A stretch of 64,000 bases of DNA from the human T2T-CHM13v2.0 reference genome, Homo sapiens, in NCBI RefSeq assembly GCF_009914755.1, contig NC_060929.1. One strand, given 5' to 3'. The notes below the pieces were generated by a model. That model had not been told where the DNA came from, did not search any database, and worked only from the letters and a program-made list of their open reading frames with translations. Position 1 is the stretch's first letter. Every line of letters starts with the position of its first letter. A program made the translations under genes and the position numbers. Shown one piece after another: positions 1 to 13,219 of the stretch.

Positions 1-223
1 GCAACTTCTGCCTCCTGGGTTCAAATGATTCTCCTGCCTCACCCTCCTGAGTAGCTGGGACTATAGGCGCCCACCACCACGTCTGGCTAATTTTTGTATT
101 TCTAGTAGAGATGGGGTTTTGCCATGTTGGCCAAGGTGGTCTCGAACTCGTGACCTCAGGTGATCTGCCCGCCTCGGTCTCCCCAAGTGCTGGGATTACA
201 GGCATGAGCCACCGTGCCCAGCC
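1..223 (-). mobile_element. Alu (S-type), cut by the window edge
   Basis: Reverse-complement Alu consensus ending gagccaccgtgcccagcc. Confidence 0.95.
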
Positions 224-647
224 CCATTTTCTTTATCAAATTCTTAATCCCTATTCTTTATAACCAAACCTAGCTATCTTTCTGAGTTGTAGTTGTATAT
301 GCAAGATGATTGAATACATTCTGCAAAACAAATTTCTACTTGAAGTTTGATGTTTATAGATATTTGACAACAATGTGATTACAAGAGTAAATGTGGGAGA
401 TGTCCTCTGAGAATAAAATAACCTGTGTACAGCTTTCAGGTGTGTTTCAGCTTGGGATAGATTCATTACTCACTTTTAGCTGTTAAATAATATTAAGTAT
501 AAGACTAGTTTTCTGTTTACATGTGATGATACTTGTAACATGTTTTCATTGATGCTTTCCAAGGTTGTTTTTCTAGTTCACAAAAATAAACATTAGTGTA
601 GCATATATGTAATTTTTTAAAAATCCACCTGACTTTATCTCTTCCAG

Positions 648-708
648 CGTGTCAAAAGCCTGGTGGTTCAACACAATGAACATGAAGACCAGCACAGCCT
701 AGATTTGG
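648..708 (+). CDS. ARHGEF28: ARHGEF28 coding exon (61 nt, phase 0 to 1): RVKSLVVQHNEHEDQHSLDL
   Basis: Acceptor ctttatctcttccag|CGT, donor TTGG|gtatga. The peptide matches the recalled RGNEF sequence and joins in frame to the exon at 37678 (G+AT = Asp). Confidence 0.95.
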
Positions 709-2630
709 GTATGAAATAACGCTTTTACCTATACTCGTAGGGGCATCCCAGATCCAGGTTTAGAGTGGACAAGAAGCAAGTAAATTTTAACATAAAATAT
801 TCCTTCCTGGTAACCTTATCTATTTCCTGAAACGCATCCAGATAAATTTTATTTGTAGGATCATTTGTAATACTATGACTCTAGAGGTTGAGACTCCATT
901 TACAATCTAAAAAACAAGGCAATCAAAGCTTTTCCTGAACAGTTTTACTCTGAGCCAGAAGCTGGCTCTGGACTTGTCATATGTTCCCTTGTTATTTCTG
1001 TGAAGTAGGCACTACCAGTCTCAGGTTCAGGTGAAGCAGTTGAAGCACTGGTGGAGAGTAGATGGTGGAACCGAGACTCATAACTTCATTCCACCTGGCC
1101 CTAGAATCTCCAAGCTTACCAAAATCCCATTTTGATGCCCAGTGGGGTCCCCTTGGAGCTGAGCCTATGTGATCTACACTGCTGAGCTCAGGAAAAGACC
1201 AGATGTTTGTTCTGGGATTTGAGTCTGATGTGAGTGTCCTTTCAGAGGAACCAGGTGTTCCTCCACCCTTGGCAAGGTAGAGGTATTTCCTCCCTCTGAC
1301 CTGGGAATTCTCATCTGATTACAATATTCTGTTTCACAACTCCCTGAGGACCCCTTCCTAAATCTCCTCCCAGGTACTCTCTATTTCTTCAAGGCTAATT
1401 TGGACCCCAGCCCTATCTCTTGAGTTACTTAGAGGTGAATAGAGCATAATGAAGCTAATGGGGTGTTTGAAGATACAGGCTGAGCTATCAGCAGAGGCTG
1501 AGTTTGGGCACCTGGATGTCTGTGAAGACCTCTGGGGCTGACAAGTGAGAGGCAGATGAGCACGAACCACTCCAGTTGGTTTCCTCTGGTTCTGTGAAGC
1601 TGAGGCATCTCACACACCTGGAAGGCACACATGGGCAGGACAGTCTTAGAAGTTGCAAGGGGTGAGGTGTTGCTGATGGTAGTGACTGAGGGCTCAAGCT
1701 GATGTGAAATCAGGAAAAGCTAAATCAATGCTCAGAGTGAGATTAATGGAGAAGGTGGGTAACCCACGGGGTCACCGTGAGCCTACACGTGCATGGGGCT
1801 CCCTGGAGGCTGAGGGAGTGTGGTTGGTATGCTGTGCCAACACACGACAGAGCAGTTACAACCATTCGGAAATCATGCTGTGTAGAGCAGAGCAAGGAGG
1901 AAGCACCCTTGGTGTTGGTTGATGGTGTTGCTAGTAGCTTGGCCACATGCCAGAGGTGGTTTCCAGGATCTTGCTGCATGTGGCCCTACTGAAATTGGAA
2001 CAGAAATTTAGACCCACACTAAGCAATATACACGTCCTTAATATTTTTGCTATTTAAGGTAAGAGTAATGATTTACTTACAGAAGAGGGGAAGAGGAAGG
2101 CAAAAAGAGAGCAAACATCTCTGTATAGATGGCTGTTGTGGGCCACTGATGTCAGGGCCATTGCTGTTACTCACGCACACAGGATGTCTCAGCTACAAAT
2201 TGCATCATGCTCCTGGGAATGTTAGCTTTGAAGAATGTTTGCTAAGATGAATTGCTGGGGGAGGGAGGTAGGCTACTAAAAGTATTAAACACTGAGACGA
2301 TCTTAATTTCAGGTTTTAAAAACTCACTCTAGTTTCAAACTTGTAAACTTGTGAGCAAGAAGCATGTGCTACGGAAATTGTAGTAGTCTGACCTCGTCTG
2401 AGTGTTTTGTCAGTAACATCATTAAGTCTGTGAAGGATTTGAGAAAGATAAATGAGCACAACTTTAGTCCAGTGATTTATGAAAAGGACCATGATGAGTG
2501 TTTGTTGTGCTAGCATTTTCTTTTTGGTTCATTTAAACTTTTTGAATTAATAAAGTCCCCTGAGTTTTTGCAAAGGAAATTATAACAGATTTTCAAAGAA
2601 CCTGAGAGAGAAGGGGACAGCAAGCTGTGA

Positions 2631-3000
<370 letters not shown>

Positions 3001-3169
3001 TCTTTTGTTATTTTATAAGTGCTTTATTCTGCCCAGTCTCTGAGGAAATGCTGATAAATGGTGTGGGATAAACACATGATAAATGCTGATAAATAGATAT
3101 GTAAGTCTTTGCTGACTTGTATTATTCAGAATTGTGTGGTGTGGATGTGGCCTCATCAGTGACACAAGT

Positions 3170-3310
3170 GCTGTTCCAGTGGCACCCTCTGTGCTGATGG
3201 ACACATTTTATAGCTGTTCTATCCAGTGTAGTAGCCTGTGGCCACCTACGTCTATTGAGCATGTGACATGTGACTGAGGAATCGGATTTTTAATTATCTA
3301 ATTTTATTGT
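3170..3310. mobile_element. MER3-like hAT-Charlie DNA transposon fragment
   Basis: tgtggccac...tattgagcatgtgacatgtgactgaggaa...ttttaatt resembles the recalled MER3 consensus. Confidence 0.6.
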
Positions 3311-3389
3311 ATTGGACAGGGCAGAACAGAGTAAGTTCCCTTTGTGGTGGTGTTTTCTTTCTCCTTCTAGAAGTGTTTTATGCATTTAT

Positions 3390-3670
3390 TGTTTTCTATT
3401 TTTTTTAAGTTGTTGTGGTACATTGGAGATGTATATATTTTTAGGGTACGTGAGATGTTTTGGTACAGGCATGCAATATGAAATAAGCACATCATGGGGA
3501 ATGGAGTATCCATCCCTTCAAGTATGTATCTTTTGAGTTTACAAACAATCCAGTTACACTCTTTAAGTTATTTTAAAATGTACAGATTAGGTTGAGTATA
3601 GTCACTCTATTGTGCTATCAAATAGTAGGTCTTATTCATTCTTTCCATTTTTTTTTGTACCCATCCTTTG
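3390..3670 (-). mobile_element. L1MA-type LINE-1 3' end fragment
   Basis: gtacgtgagatgttttggtacaggcatgcaat...gtgctatcaaatagtaggtcttattcattct is typical of L1MA 3' UTRs. Confidence 0.8.
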
Positions 3671-4109
3671 TAATGTTTTATTGACCTTTCAGGGCATCAA
3701 GAATTAACACTTACCATTAGTTTATAAGCTGAAAATGATGGTTGGAGAAATGTCTTGGGTGAGTAACAACTGGCAAGCTCATCCAAGCCGGTGCCCCAGA
3801 ACCAGCTCCGCAAGGAGCTGACATCTATGTCTAATGCAGGACTTATGGCCCCATTCTCTGCAGATGCTGTAAGGGGTCGGCATTTTGTCGAAGGGGAGAA
3901 TCATCAGTTGAAGGGCTAAGATCTGCTTCTGTTGCTATCATAGTGCAGAGTGGGACTCCTTCATATTCTAGGCAGGTAGGATGGGGAAAAATGGCAAAGC
4001 ATTTGAAGGAAACAGAAGAAAAGAAGGTAGATGAAATGAAATGGGTCAATACCAAAAATAAGAAAAAAAGGGTCTACTTGGCTCAAGTAAATGGCACTAA
4101 ACGTGATTA

Positions 4110-4412
<303 letters not shown>

Positions 4413-5334
4413 AAATAGGAACTGCTTAAAGTTTTGATCCTATTTCTTAATCATATTTAATGCCATTTACTTGAGCCAAATGGACCCTTTGGGCAGCAGC
4501 AAATGTTGTGCCAAGGAGAAGGGGAGTGAACATCTTGCAGGAACAAGTGGACAGCCTGTGGGAAATGGAGTAGATGGGGAGTCTCAGCTGTAAAACTGGA
4601 ATCCCAATTGCAAACAAAGATGCATAAACCATCACTGAATCAGCAAAGCTGCGAATGGCTTGATTAGACACTATCTTGCAAACTCTACTTTTAAGAGGTT
4701 GAATCTGAAAAAATAAAGCTATGTGGCTTTGGTTAGAAATTAAGATATCCAGTTAAATGTTAAGTTCCTCCTTGAGGACTGTGAAACCATAATGCCAGTG
4801 TCTCAGGGGGAATTACAGAAGCTCCTGGAACATGATGCTCCTGTTCTTTCATCGAATAATATGTCAAAGTGTGAGTGAGGTTGTGGGTGACAGACCAGAT
4901 GTGGTGACACTCATACTGAAGCTGATTTTCCTGCAATAATATATCACTCATGGTCTGCATTAGATTAAAGAGGACATGAAATTTATTTGGCCAAAGCTGA
5001 ATATCTTATGACTATTTGGATGGAAAAAATGAAGGGTTGGTGAAACTGACATGTCAAAACAAGAACTGTGTGAGCATGTTTTGACTTTCCCTATGAGGGA
5101 AGGTGATAGGGAGATAGAGACACTCCCTATAGGTGATAGGGGACATGAGGATAGCACTGGCTGGCATCCTCCTTTCTGCTTGGAGAGTCTCAGTACTTTG
5201 AAGCTCTAGGCATGAAGCGCTGCCTCATCTACTCTTCCAGGTCTGGCTGGTAGAGAGTGGGCTTGGCGCAAGTGCAAGAGAAGATATTAAGCATAGTATC
5301 TTGCAAAGTAAGCCTCTTGGAAAAAAATTATGTT

Positions 5335-5590
5335 AGTCTTCTATAATTATAGAAATAATAAATGTTCACAATAGAAAAATTGGGAATTTTAGAAAGAGTA
5401 GAAAAAGAAATCCCTATAATATCCCCACCCAAAGGCAGTTACTATTAAATTTGGGTATATTTCCTACCAGCATTTTTTCTCATGCATGCATTTCTTTTTT
5501 ACGTAGCTGTGATCATGAAAACAAGATAATTCGTGTCCTGTGTTATTCATTTGACATATTCCATAAGTAAGCTCCATTATAGAAAGTAAC
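5335..5590 (-). mobile_element. Old L1ME-type 3' fragment
   Basis: ataaatgttcacaatagaaaa...cccacccaaaggcagttactatt...tatatttcctaccagcattttt resembles L1ME 3' ends. Confidence 0.5.
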
Positions 5591-6481
5591 TTAAAATGAT
5601 GTTGTATGTTTGTTTTTGTTTGTTTATGTTTTAATAAAGCATGTGGATTACTTCTATAAGACGAAAGGGAAAATGTAGATCCTATGCACAAGTATTTATT
5701 TCCCTCCAAACCCCCTTTTTATAATATGTATTGTTGATTTTATAGAGTGACCTGATCAGTACATGTAGGGGCTCAAATCACAGCTATTCTTTAATACTTC
5801 GGGTTACTTCATTGCTATTATTGTTTGTTACTAATATGTAAGATGAGGAAAAGACAACCTTTTGGTGGGTGTTGGGACTGGGAGGGAGGGCATTGAGGAC
5901 AGATGAACCAAAGCTGGATATGGAAGGAAACCCAACTTCATACCAAAAAAAACAAAACAAAACAGAAAAAAGAAAGAAAAAACCCGTCTAGAGGCCAGTT
6001 GGGAAAAGAAGGAAGCAGAAACAAACAATAGGATATGAGGTTCAGATTTCTTTACCAAGAAGACACAGATCTTTCATGACTGTAGACAAGACCGAGAGAG
6101 AAACAAAGCCTCCCCACCCCGAAAGTCCCCTGAAAGGAAAAACATTGGGAAAAGGGAACTGGTAGGAAATGACTGGAAGAACCAAAGAAACAGTCCTCCT
6201 AAACAGAATGTTAGGTGGTACGTAATACAGGTTTTCAGGATCTCCATTTGTGGGCATACTGGGAGAGTGCAGGCCTACATGTGCTAGTGGTGAGCTGGGG
6301 GGAAATGGTGCAGTCAATAAGTGCTAGTTTGGCAAACAACCAGATAATAGAACTAATTAGGTTAGTTTCTCTTCTTATATTAACCAAAAGTTCTTATATT
6401 AACTAAAAGTGCTATTATAAAGTAGCACTTGTAAGTCGCCTGTGGAAAAGAACGTTTTGAGATGTTTTTAAAGAGGATCTT

Positions 6482-6822
<341 letters not shown>

Positions 6823-8186
6823 TTAGAAGCTGTGACCCCTGTGAGTGGAAGCTGACCCTCTTGGCTGTTATTTAATAACACATGTGTATCTAGACTGAAA
6901 CCGCAAGAATGTTTCGTGAAACATGGGAGGGGGGGACCTTAGCAGAACTCTTCTGAAAAATACGTTTTCAATCCTAATTTTTGGCAGATCTCTCTCTACA
7001 CCCCAGGCTACAGAGCTTCTGTGTAGTCCTTTCTTTTTTTCTTTTCTCTTTTTTTGGGGAGTTGGGGGGTTATCTCTTTACCACAAACTAAAGCTTCCCA
7101 GTGAATCATTTTGAAGTAAAGGGGCTGGAGACAGTGAAATATCCCAAGAAGACCACTGGGAAGGCAAAGTTATTTGTATAAATTCCAACTCAAATTTTAT
7201 TCTTTTTGTTCAAGGAAATTTTCTTACTGTGGTTGTTGAGGTTTCAAAACCAAGGTTGAGAATCACGGTCAGAGATCCCTGAGGGAGCTCAGCAATGCTG
7301 AAATCACCCCTAACGTACTAGGTTTTCAGTAGTTTTGGGAATTAGAGAAATGGAGTTCTACTTTTATCTCAACTGATTACAAAAGGTATTAATGAAAGTC
7401 CATTTGTATTAGGTTCACAGATTTTCAATGATTATCACCAGTGAGATCACAGATCTGTGGGAAATAGGCAAACTTTGGGGGGAAAAAGTGTTGAAAGAAT
7501 TTCCTAACCACTTCAATTTATGAGATGATTAAACCTTTAAAAGTTAATTATTTTTGAACATTAAGAAGAATCAAGTGACTGTAATTTGCTGTCACAGGGT
7601 CATTTGTTGGACTTTGAAGTGTACAGAATGGGATGAAGGGAGTGGGTTGATATTTACACTGATGTCTTAAGGGCATTATGAGGATGCCTGATGCTTGGCA
7701 TTAGTACTAACCTACCTTTAGTACATTCTAAATTACCTTTTTCTTTCATTTTACAACTTTCTGAAGTGTAACAAGGGAGGGAAAAATGGCAGTACTTTCT
7801 CTGAACTCTAAATTTTCCTTCTCCAAAATAAGATCCTTGACCCCAAATAAACCAGCTTAGTGACTAAGCAGATTTCATGTATTCCATTCCTAAAGACTCC
7901 CTTAGTTTGATATTTCAATAAAATGATTAGATTATAAACTTCAAACAAATAGAAACTCTTAAGAAAGTGACAACAAATGTACAAAACATGAAACAGGTGA
8001 AAAATATGAAATATATTCTGGAAATGGTATCTATAAAGTTTGTTTTATAAAAAGTTAAAATAATACCACTAAGGGATTTCTTCCCCTTTTCTTGTGTTGA
8101 AACACTTCAGAATACCCATGTATATAGGCATTTACAAAAAAAAAAATTACATTTACAAAGGGATAATTGGCCAGCAAGCTCGATTG

Positions 8187-8187
<1 letters not shown>

Positions 8188-8240
<53 letters not shown>
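8188..8240 (+). repeat. (TG)~26 perfect microsatellite
   Basis: Read directly from the sequence. Confidence 0.98.
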
Positions 8241-8241
<1 letters not shown>

Positions 8242-8462
8242 GGTAGGCTTGTTTTATACTGAGTATCCAGTGGCTAATTCCTTGGAAGGGACTTTAGGGC
8301 AATTAAGATTCTGGTTAGCTTTTATGCCAGGCAGCACAAGTTCTAACAATTTATTGGTACAATTTACTTTACCTTTTAGAGTGGCTAATTTAAAGAACAT
8401 TTTTATGAAACGTGGCTCCTTACTTGAAGCATGGGCAAGAAAGCCAACAGAATTTATTCCTT

Positions 8463-8960
8463 TTCCCCTGCAACATCACCAAATAATTGATTTGGAATGA
8501 GAATTAAAAGAACATTTGACAGTTATGAAATGTATACTTACTCTGATACTTCTGATTAGTTGTGCAACAAATTCATGACAAATTACCAGATTAATTTTTA
8601 CTTTATTTCTTCAGGACTGGGGTTTTTCGATGGTTTCAAATTTAGAATCTTCGCATTTGAAATTAGATAACATATTCCTGTCTGCTTTCAGCAGAAGTTT
8701 ACTCTCCAACTCTTGCTGGTGCTCTGGGCCAGTATCAGCAGGTCCTCCAGATGCCTGTGGCTTAGATTTGTAGTCCCTAATGTTGTCCACGAAGAGTTTC
8801 TGTATGGGACCAAGTTTCTTGTTAAATGCCACTGTGTGACACCAACGTTCTTCTGCAAAGGGAGTGAGACTACTGACCGAATGACAGAGGAGAACTTGAA
8901 GAGCCTCTGAAGAATCATGGGGACTCTATGTGCCTGAGCCACCACCTCTGCCACTGCTGT
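8463..8960 (-). pseudogene. Processed pseudogene of ATP5PF (ATP5J, ATP synthase coupling factor 6)
   Basis: ATG at 8918 gives MILQRLFKFSSVIRS. After a 1-nt frameshift near 8834 it continues AFNKKLGPIQKLFVDNIRDYKSK...FETIEKPQS to TGA at 8611-8613. It has no introns, a net deletion of about 6 codons, 3' UTR similarity to about 8470, and candidate TSDs at 8448-8462 and 8961-8975. Confidence 0.93.
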
Positions 8961-9123
8961 CAGAATCTATTCTTTACATTATGAGGCTTCACTGAAGATG
9001 TGTCGCTCAAGTATAGGGAGAAGTGATACAATCAGAGGTCAAATAGGAGGCCCACTAGGAAGCAGTCTGTTGATTCTTCATAATATTTAAAATAACAGAA
9101 AATCAGAATAAAGAGTTAAGTTG

Positions 9124-9430
9124 GGCTGGGTGCAGTGCCTCACGCCTGTAATCCCAGCACTTTGGGAGGCCAAGGTGGGAGGATCACCTGAGCTCACAAG
9201 TTCAAGACCAACCTGGGCAACATAGTGAGACCCTGTCTCTACAAAAATTTTAAAAAATTAGCCGGGCATGGTACATGCCTGTGGTCCTAGCTATTCAGGA
9301 GGCTGAGGTGGGAGGATGGCTTGAGCCCAGGAGTTCAAGGCTGCAGTGAGCAGTGGTTGCACCATTGCACTCCAGCCTGGATGACAGAGTGAGACCCTGT
9401 CAAAAAAAAAAAAAAAAAAAAAAAAGAAAG
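9124..9430 (+). mobile_element. Alu (J-like)
   Basis: ggaggatggcttgagcccaggagttcaaggctgcagtgag; TSD aaagagt(t/c)aagtt. Confidence 0.93.
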
Positions 9431-9844
9431 AGTCAAGTTGATGGTGTCCAGAGCTTGAGGAAACTTGGAATGAGCTAGGTAGGTTCATCCAGGTTCTTGA
9501 GATTTGTCTGCCAATGAAATTTCAGCCCATCTAACAGATAGATTCATCTGCCACACAGGTGCCAAATGGAAACCTCTCAGGGAGTTCACTCTTGAGATCT
9601 TATTAACCCCATGGAGACACTGTTTTTTTTCCTGTGAATCAGAATTATTTTCAATATACTTTAACTAGTGTCCTCAGAGTTACATGGCAACTTCACAAAG
9701 TAAGAACTTAAGCAAAATCAATGGAGCTTAATGCAGGACTTGAATTCTACATATGTGAATGTGGATGCAAACATTGTTTTAGCATCGGTTCCACAAACAT
9801 TTAGTGAATATAGATTCTATACTTGTTGCTCCCATTCTTTAAAA

Positions 9845-11165
9845 TTTTTTTAAATAAATTTATCTTTTAAGAACAGTTATAGGCTTACATACTTTATTTC
9901 GATTCCTCACTTTTTACCTGATTTCCGTTTTCTATTCCAGGATCCCATTAGGATCAAGCTGCCGTTAATAAATACTAGTCAGGAATTTTGTAGAATGTCC
10001 CTTAATTGGGTTTTTTCTGATTTTTTTTTCATCATTACACTGAGAATTATGGGTTTTGGGAAGAAGACCCAAAGGTAAAGTGCTGTTTTCATCACACCAT
10101 ATAAAAGGTACATACTATCAATGTTCATTGTCACTGTTGATATTGACCTTGATCACCTGGCTGAGGTAGTGTTGGTCTGGTTTCTCCACTGTAAAGTTAC
10201 TCTTCCTCACCTGCCTTTCCACACTATGTGTAGCCCACACATAAGGAAAAAGTGAGGAGTTAATCTGTATACTTGTGGGTGTGGTGTCTACATAAATTAT
10301 TTGGAATTCTTCTACATGGGAAATTTGTCTGTTCCCCCCATTACTTATTCAATCATTTATGTATGCCTGTATAGAGTCATGGATATTTATTTTGCACTTT
10401 GGGTAATAATCAAATACTACTTTATTTGTTGTCAAAGTGTTCCAGTTTTGGTAGCTGGGAACTCTTTTAGTTGGCTCTTGTATCCTTTTTACATATCATC
10501 AACATTGTATATATCTTTTTTTTAGGGTGGTAAAGGTGTTCTTTGATTCTTGAATTGTAGGTACACAACACTATGCCTTTATCAAAATCCACAGAACATT
10601 AGAGTGCACCGAGTAAACCTTAATGTATGCAAATTTAAGAAAACCTTGAGGTTGGGGATGGGATGCAGAATGTGACAAAACAATCTAGCTGTATTAAAAA
10701 TGTAAGAAATAACCTTACCAAAGGGAATTTTGGGTGTGGTGGAGAGAGGTGCAGATCTATTAACTTTGCAAATGAGTGGAGTCTATAAGAATAAAGGCAA
10801 AAGAAACTACAATAACCACTGTCCTTTGGTTGATACAGTTTTTCTCGCAGGCAAAAAGATAAAGAATTTTAATACCACTCTACATGTATTGCACAAATAA
10901 GTAAATGGATTGTGGCTAGTAGCTGCCACGTTTCTCCCTGTTGGAGTGGGTGCTTACAGATAAGCAGGGGGAAGAGGCTAGAGTGATCCATGTGGTAACA
11001 GATTAGAGTTGTAGATATCAGCATGCACTCATGTTCAGTTAACATAGATACACACGGTTGCATACAGAAATATTTGTAGATATATGTACATAGGTTAGGA
11101 TACATTTATATATTTTCTTGATCTGGCAGTTAAGAGTGCCTAGAAGGAACCACACCCCAGAAGCA
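9845..11165. mobile_element. L1MC-type fragments, apparently two pieces in opposite orientation meeting near 10520
   Basis: accttgatcacctggctgaggtagtgttggtctggtttctccactgtaaagttac and gaagaggctagagtgatccatgtggtaac resemble L1MC 3' sequence. Confidence 0.6.
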
Positions 11166-11257
11166 TATATAGGACGAGCCTGCCCGTTTTTTCTTTTTAA
11201 GTGAGTTTTATCTATCATATTTTATGTGAATTTTAGCTTCAGATCTATGGAATTTAT

Positions 11258-11500
11258 AGTTTATTAAACTCTTTGCTCATTTGTTTATTAAACATTTATT
11301 AAACTATTTGTTAAACTCTTTGCTCATTACAGTTTATTAAACTCTTTGCTCATTTGATACCTCATAGTTAACTTATTTACATGTGGATAACAATATAAAA
11401 TAGTTAACTTATTTACATAGTTAACTATAGTTACCTCATAGTTACTATAGTTACCTCATAGTTACCTCATAGTTAACTTATTTACATGTGGATAGCAATA
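11258..11500 (+). repeat. Cluster of nested short tandem duplications
   Basis: ttaaactctttgctcatt x3, atagttaacttatttacat x3, atagttacctc repeated. Confidence 0.9.
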
Positions 11501-11502
11501 CC

Positions 11503-12320
11503 TGTATATAGTATATATCGATATGTACTATATATCGATATATAGTACATATCAATATATACTATATATCGATATATAGTATATATAGATATATATACAT
11601 AGATAGTATATATAGTATAGTATATATAGTATATATATACTCTATAGAGTATATATATACTATGTAGATATACTATCTATCTATATATACTATATATAGA
11701 TATATATAGATATATATACATATATAGATATATAGATATATACTATATATAGTATGTATATAGTATATATCTATATATAGTATGTATATAGTATATATCT
11801 ATATATAGTATGTATATAGTATATATCTATATATAGTATGTATATAGTATATATCTATATATAGTATGTATATAGTATATATCTATATATAGTATGTATA
11901 TAGTATATATCTATATATAGTATGTATATAGTATATATCTATATATACTACACATCTATCTATATATAGTATATATCTATATATACAATCTATAGTATAT
12001 ATCGTATACATCTATATGTACCATATATACGATATATCGTATACATCTATATGTACCATATATACGATATATCGTATACATCTATATGTACCATATATAC
12101 GATATATCGTATACATCTATATGTACCATATATATGATATATCGTATACATCTATATGTGCCATATATACGATATATCGTATATATGGTATATATCGATA
12201 TATACTATACATCTATATATTGTATATATTTATATATATACAATCTAAATATAAACAATATAAAATCTATATACAATATATAAATCTTTATATATACAAT
12301 ATTAAATCTATATAAAATAT
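11503..12320. repeat. Compound AT-rich minisatellite: 64-bp palindrome, 7 x 28-bp units, 5 x 35-bp units
   Basis: The 28-mer tatgtatatagtatatatctatatatag starts at 11753, 11781 ... 11921. The 35-mer atcgtatacatctatatgtaccatatatacgatat starts at 12001, 12036, 12071, 12106 and 12141. Confidence 0.95.
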
Positions 12321-12834
12321 AGTCAGTTAAACTTTGCATTTTAAAATTATTAAGTCTGTGAACAAGTCTATGGCATGTAAGAGGTTTTTTTTTTTTTTTT
12401 GAAGGTTTGGGAAAATTGGAATGTAACATTATCGGATGCTGCTCTCCTGAAGTCCGTGGGTTCTTCCTAATAGGAGGGATTTCTTTCTCCTTAGGCTATA
12501 CCAGGAACTTCCCTATCCCTGCACCCCTGCTCTGTCCAGACTTGGGGCTCTTATTCTTGCTTCTGCCACCTCCAGGGCCCCTCACATCCACTATCTGTGT
12601 TGCCTATGCAAGATAAATCCAAAATTCCATATGATTTATTATTCAGAACAACTGAGCAAATTTTTCCTAATTCTTTCATTTCAGGTTATGCTCAGAAACT
12701 TCAGCATTTAAAACAAAAAGAGCTTCATCAAGGTTTCCTGTTGTTTGTCTGTTATTTTTCTTAAGATATTCATCTAGGTAGAACATATCTGTAGCAATAT
12801 TAACCAAATGGTGGAAGCTTTGACAATGTAATTC

Positions 12835-13219
<385 letters not shown>

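Noticed and set aside
8611-8954. Possible functional ATP5PF paralogue
   Set aside because: The frameshift near 8834, the internal deletion and many substitutions indicate a dead retrocopy.
11745-12200. Regularly spaced, partly palindromic 28-35 bp repeats resembling a CRISPR array
   Set aside because: The units are directly adjacent with no unique spacers, there are no cas genes, and the context is a primate intron. It is a minisatellite.
12016-12315. Repetitive Y/I-rich ORFs (MYHIYDISYTSICT...)
   Set aside because: These are translations of the 35-bp minisatellite, with no splice or promoter support.
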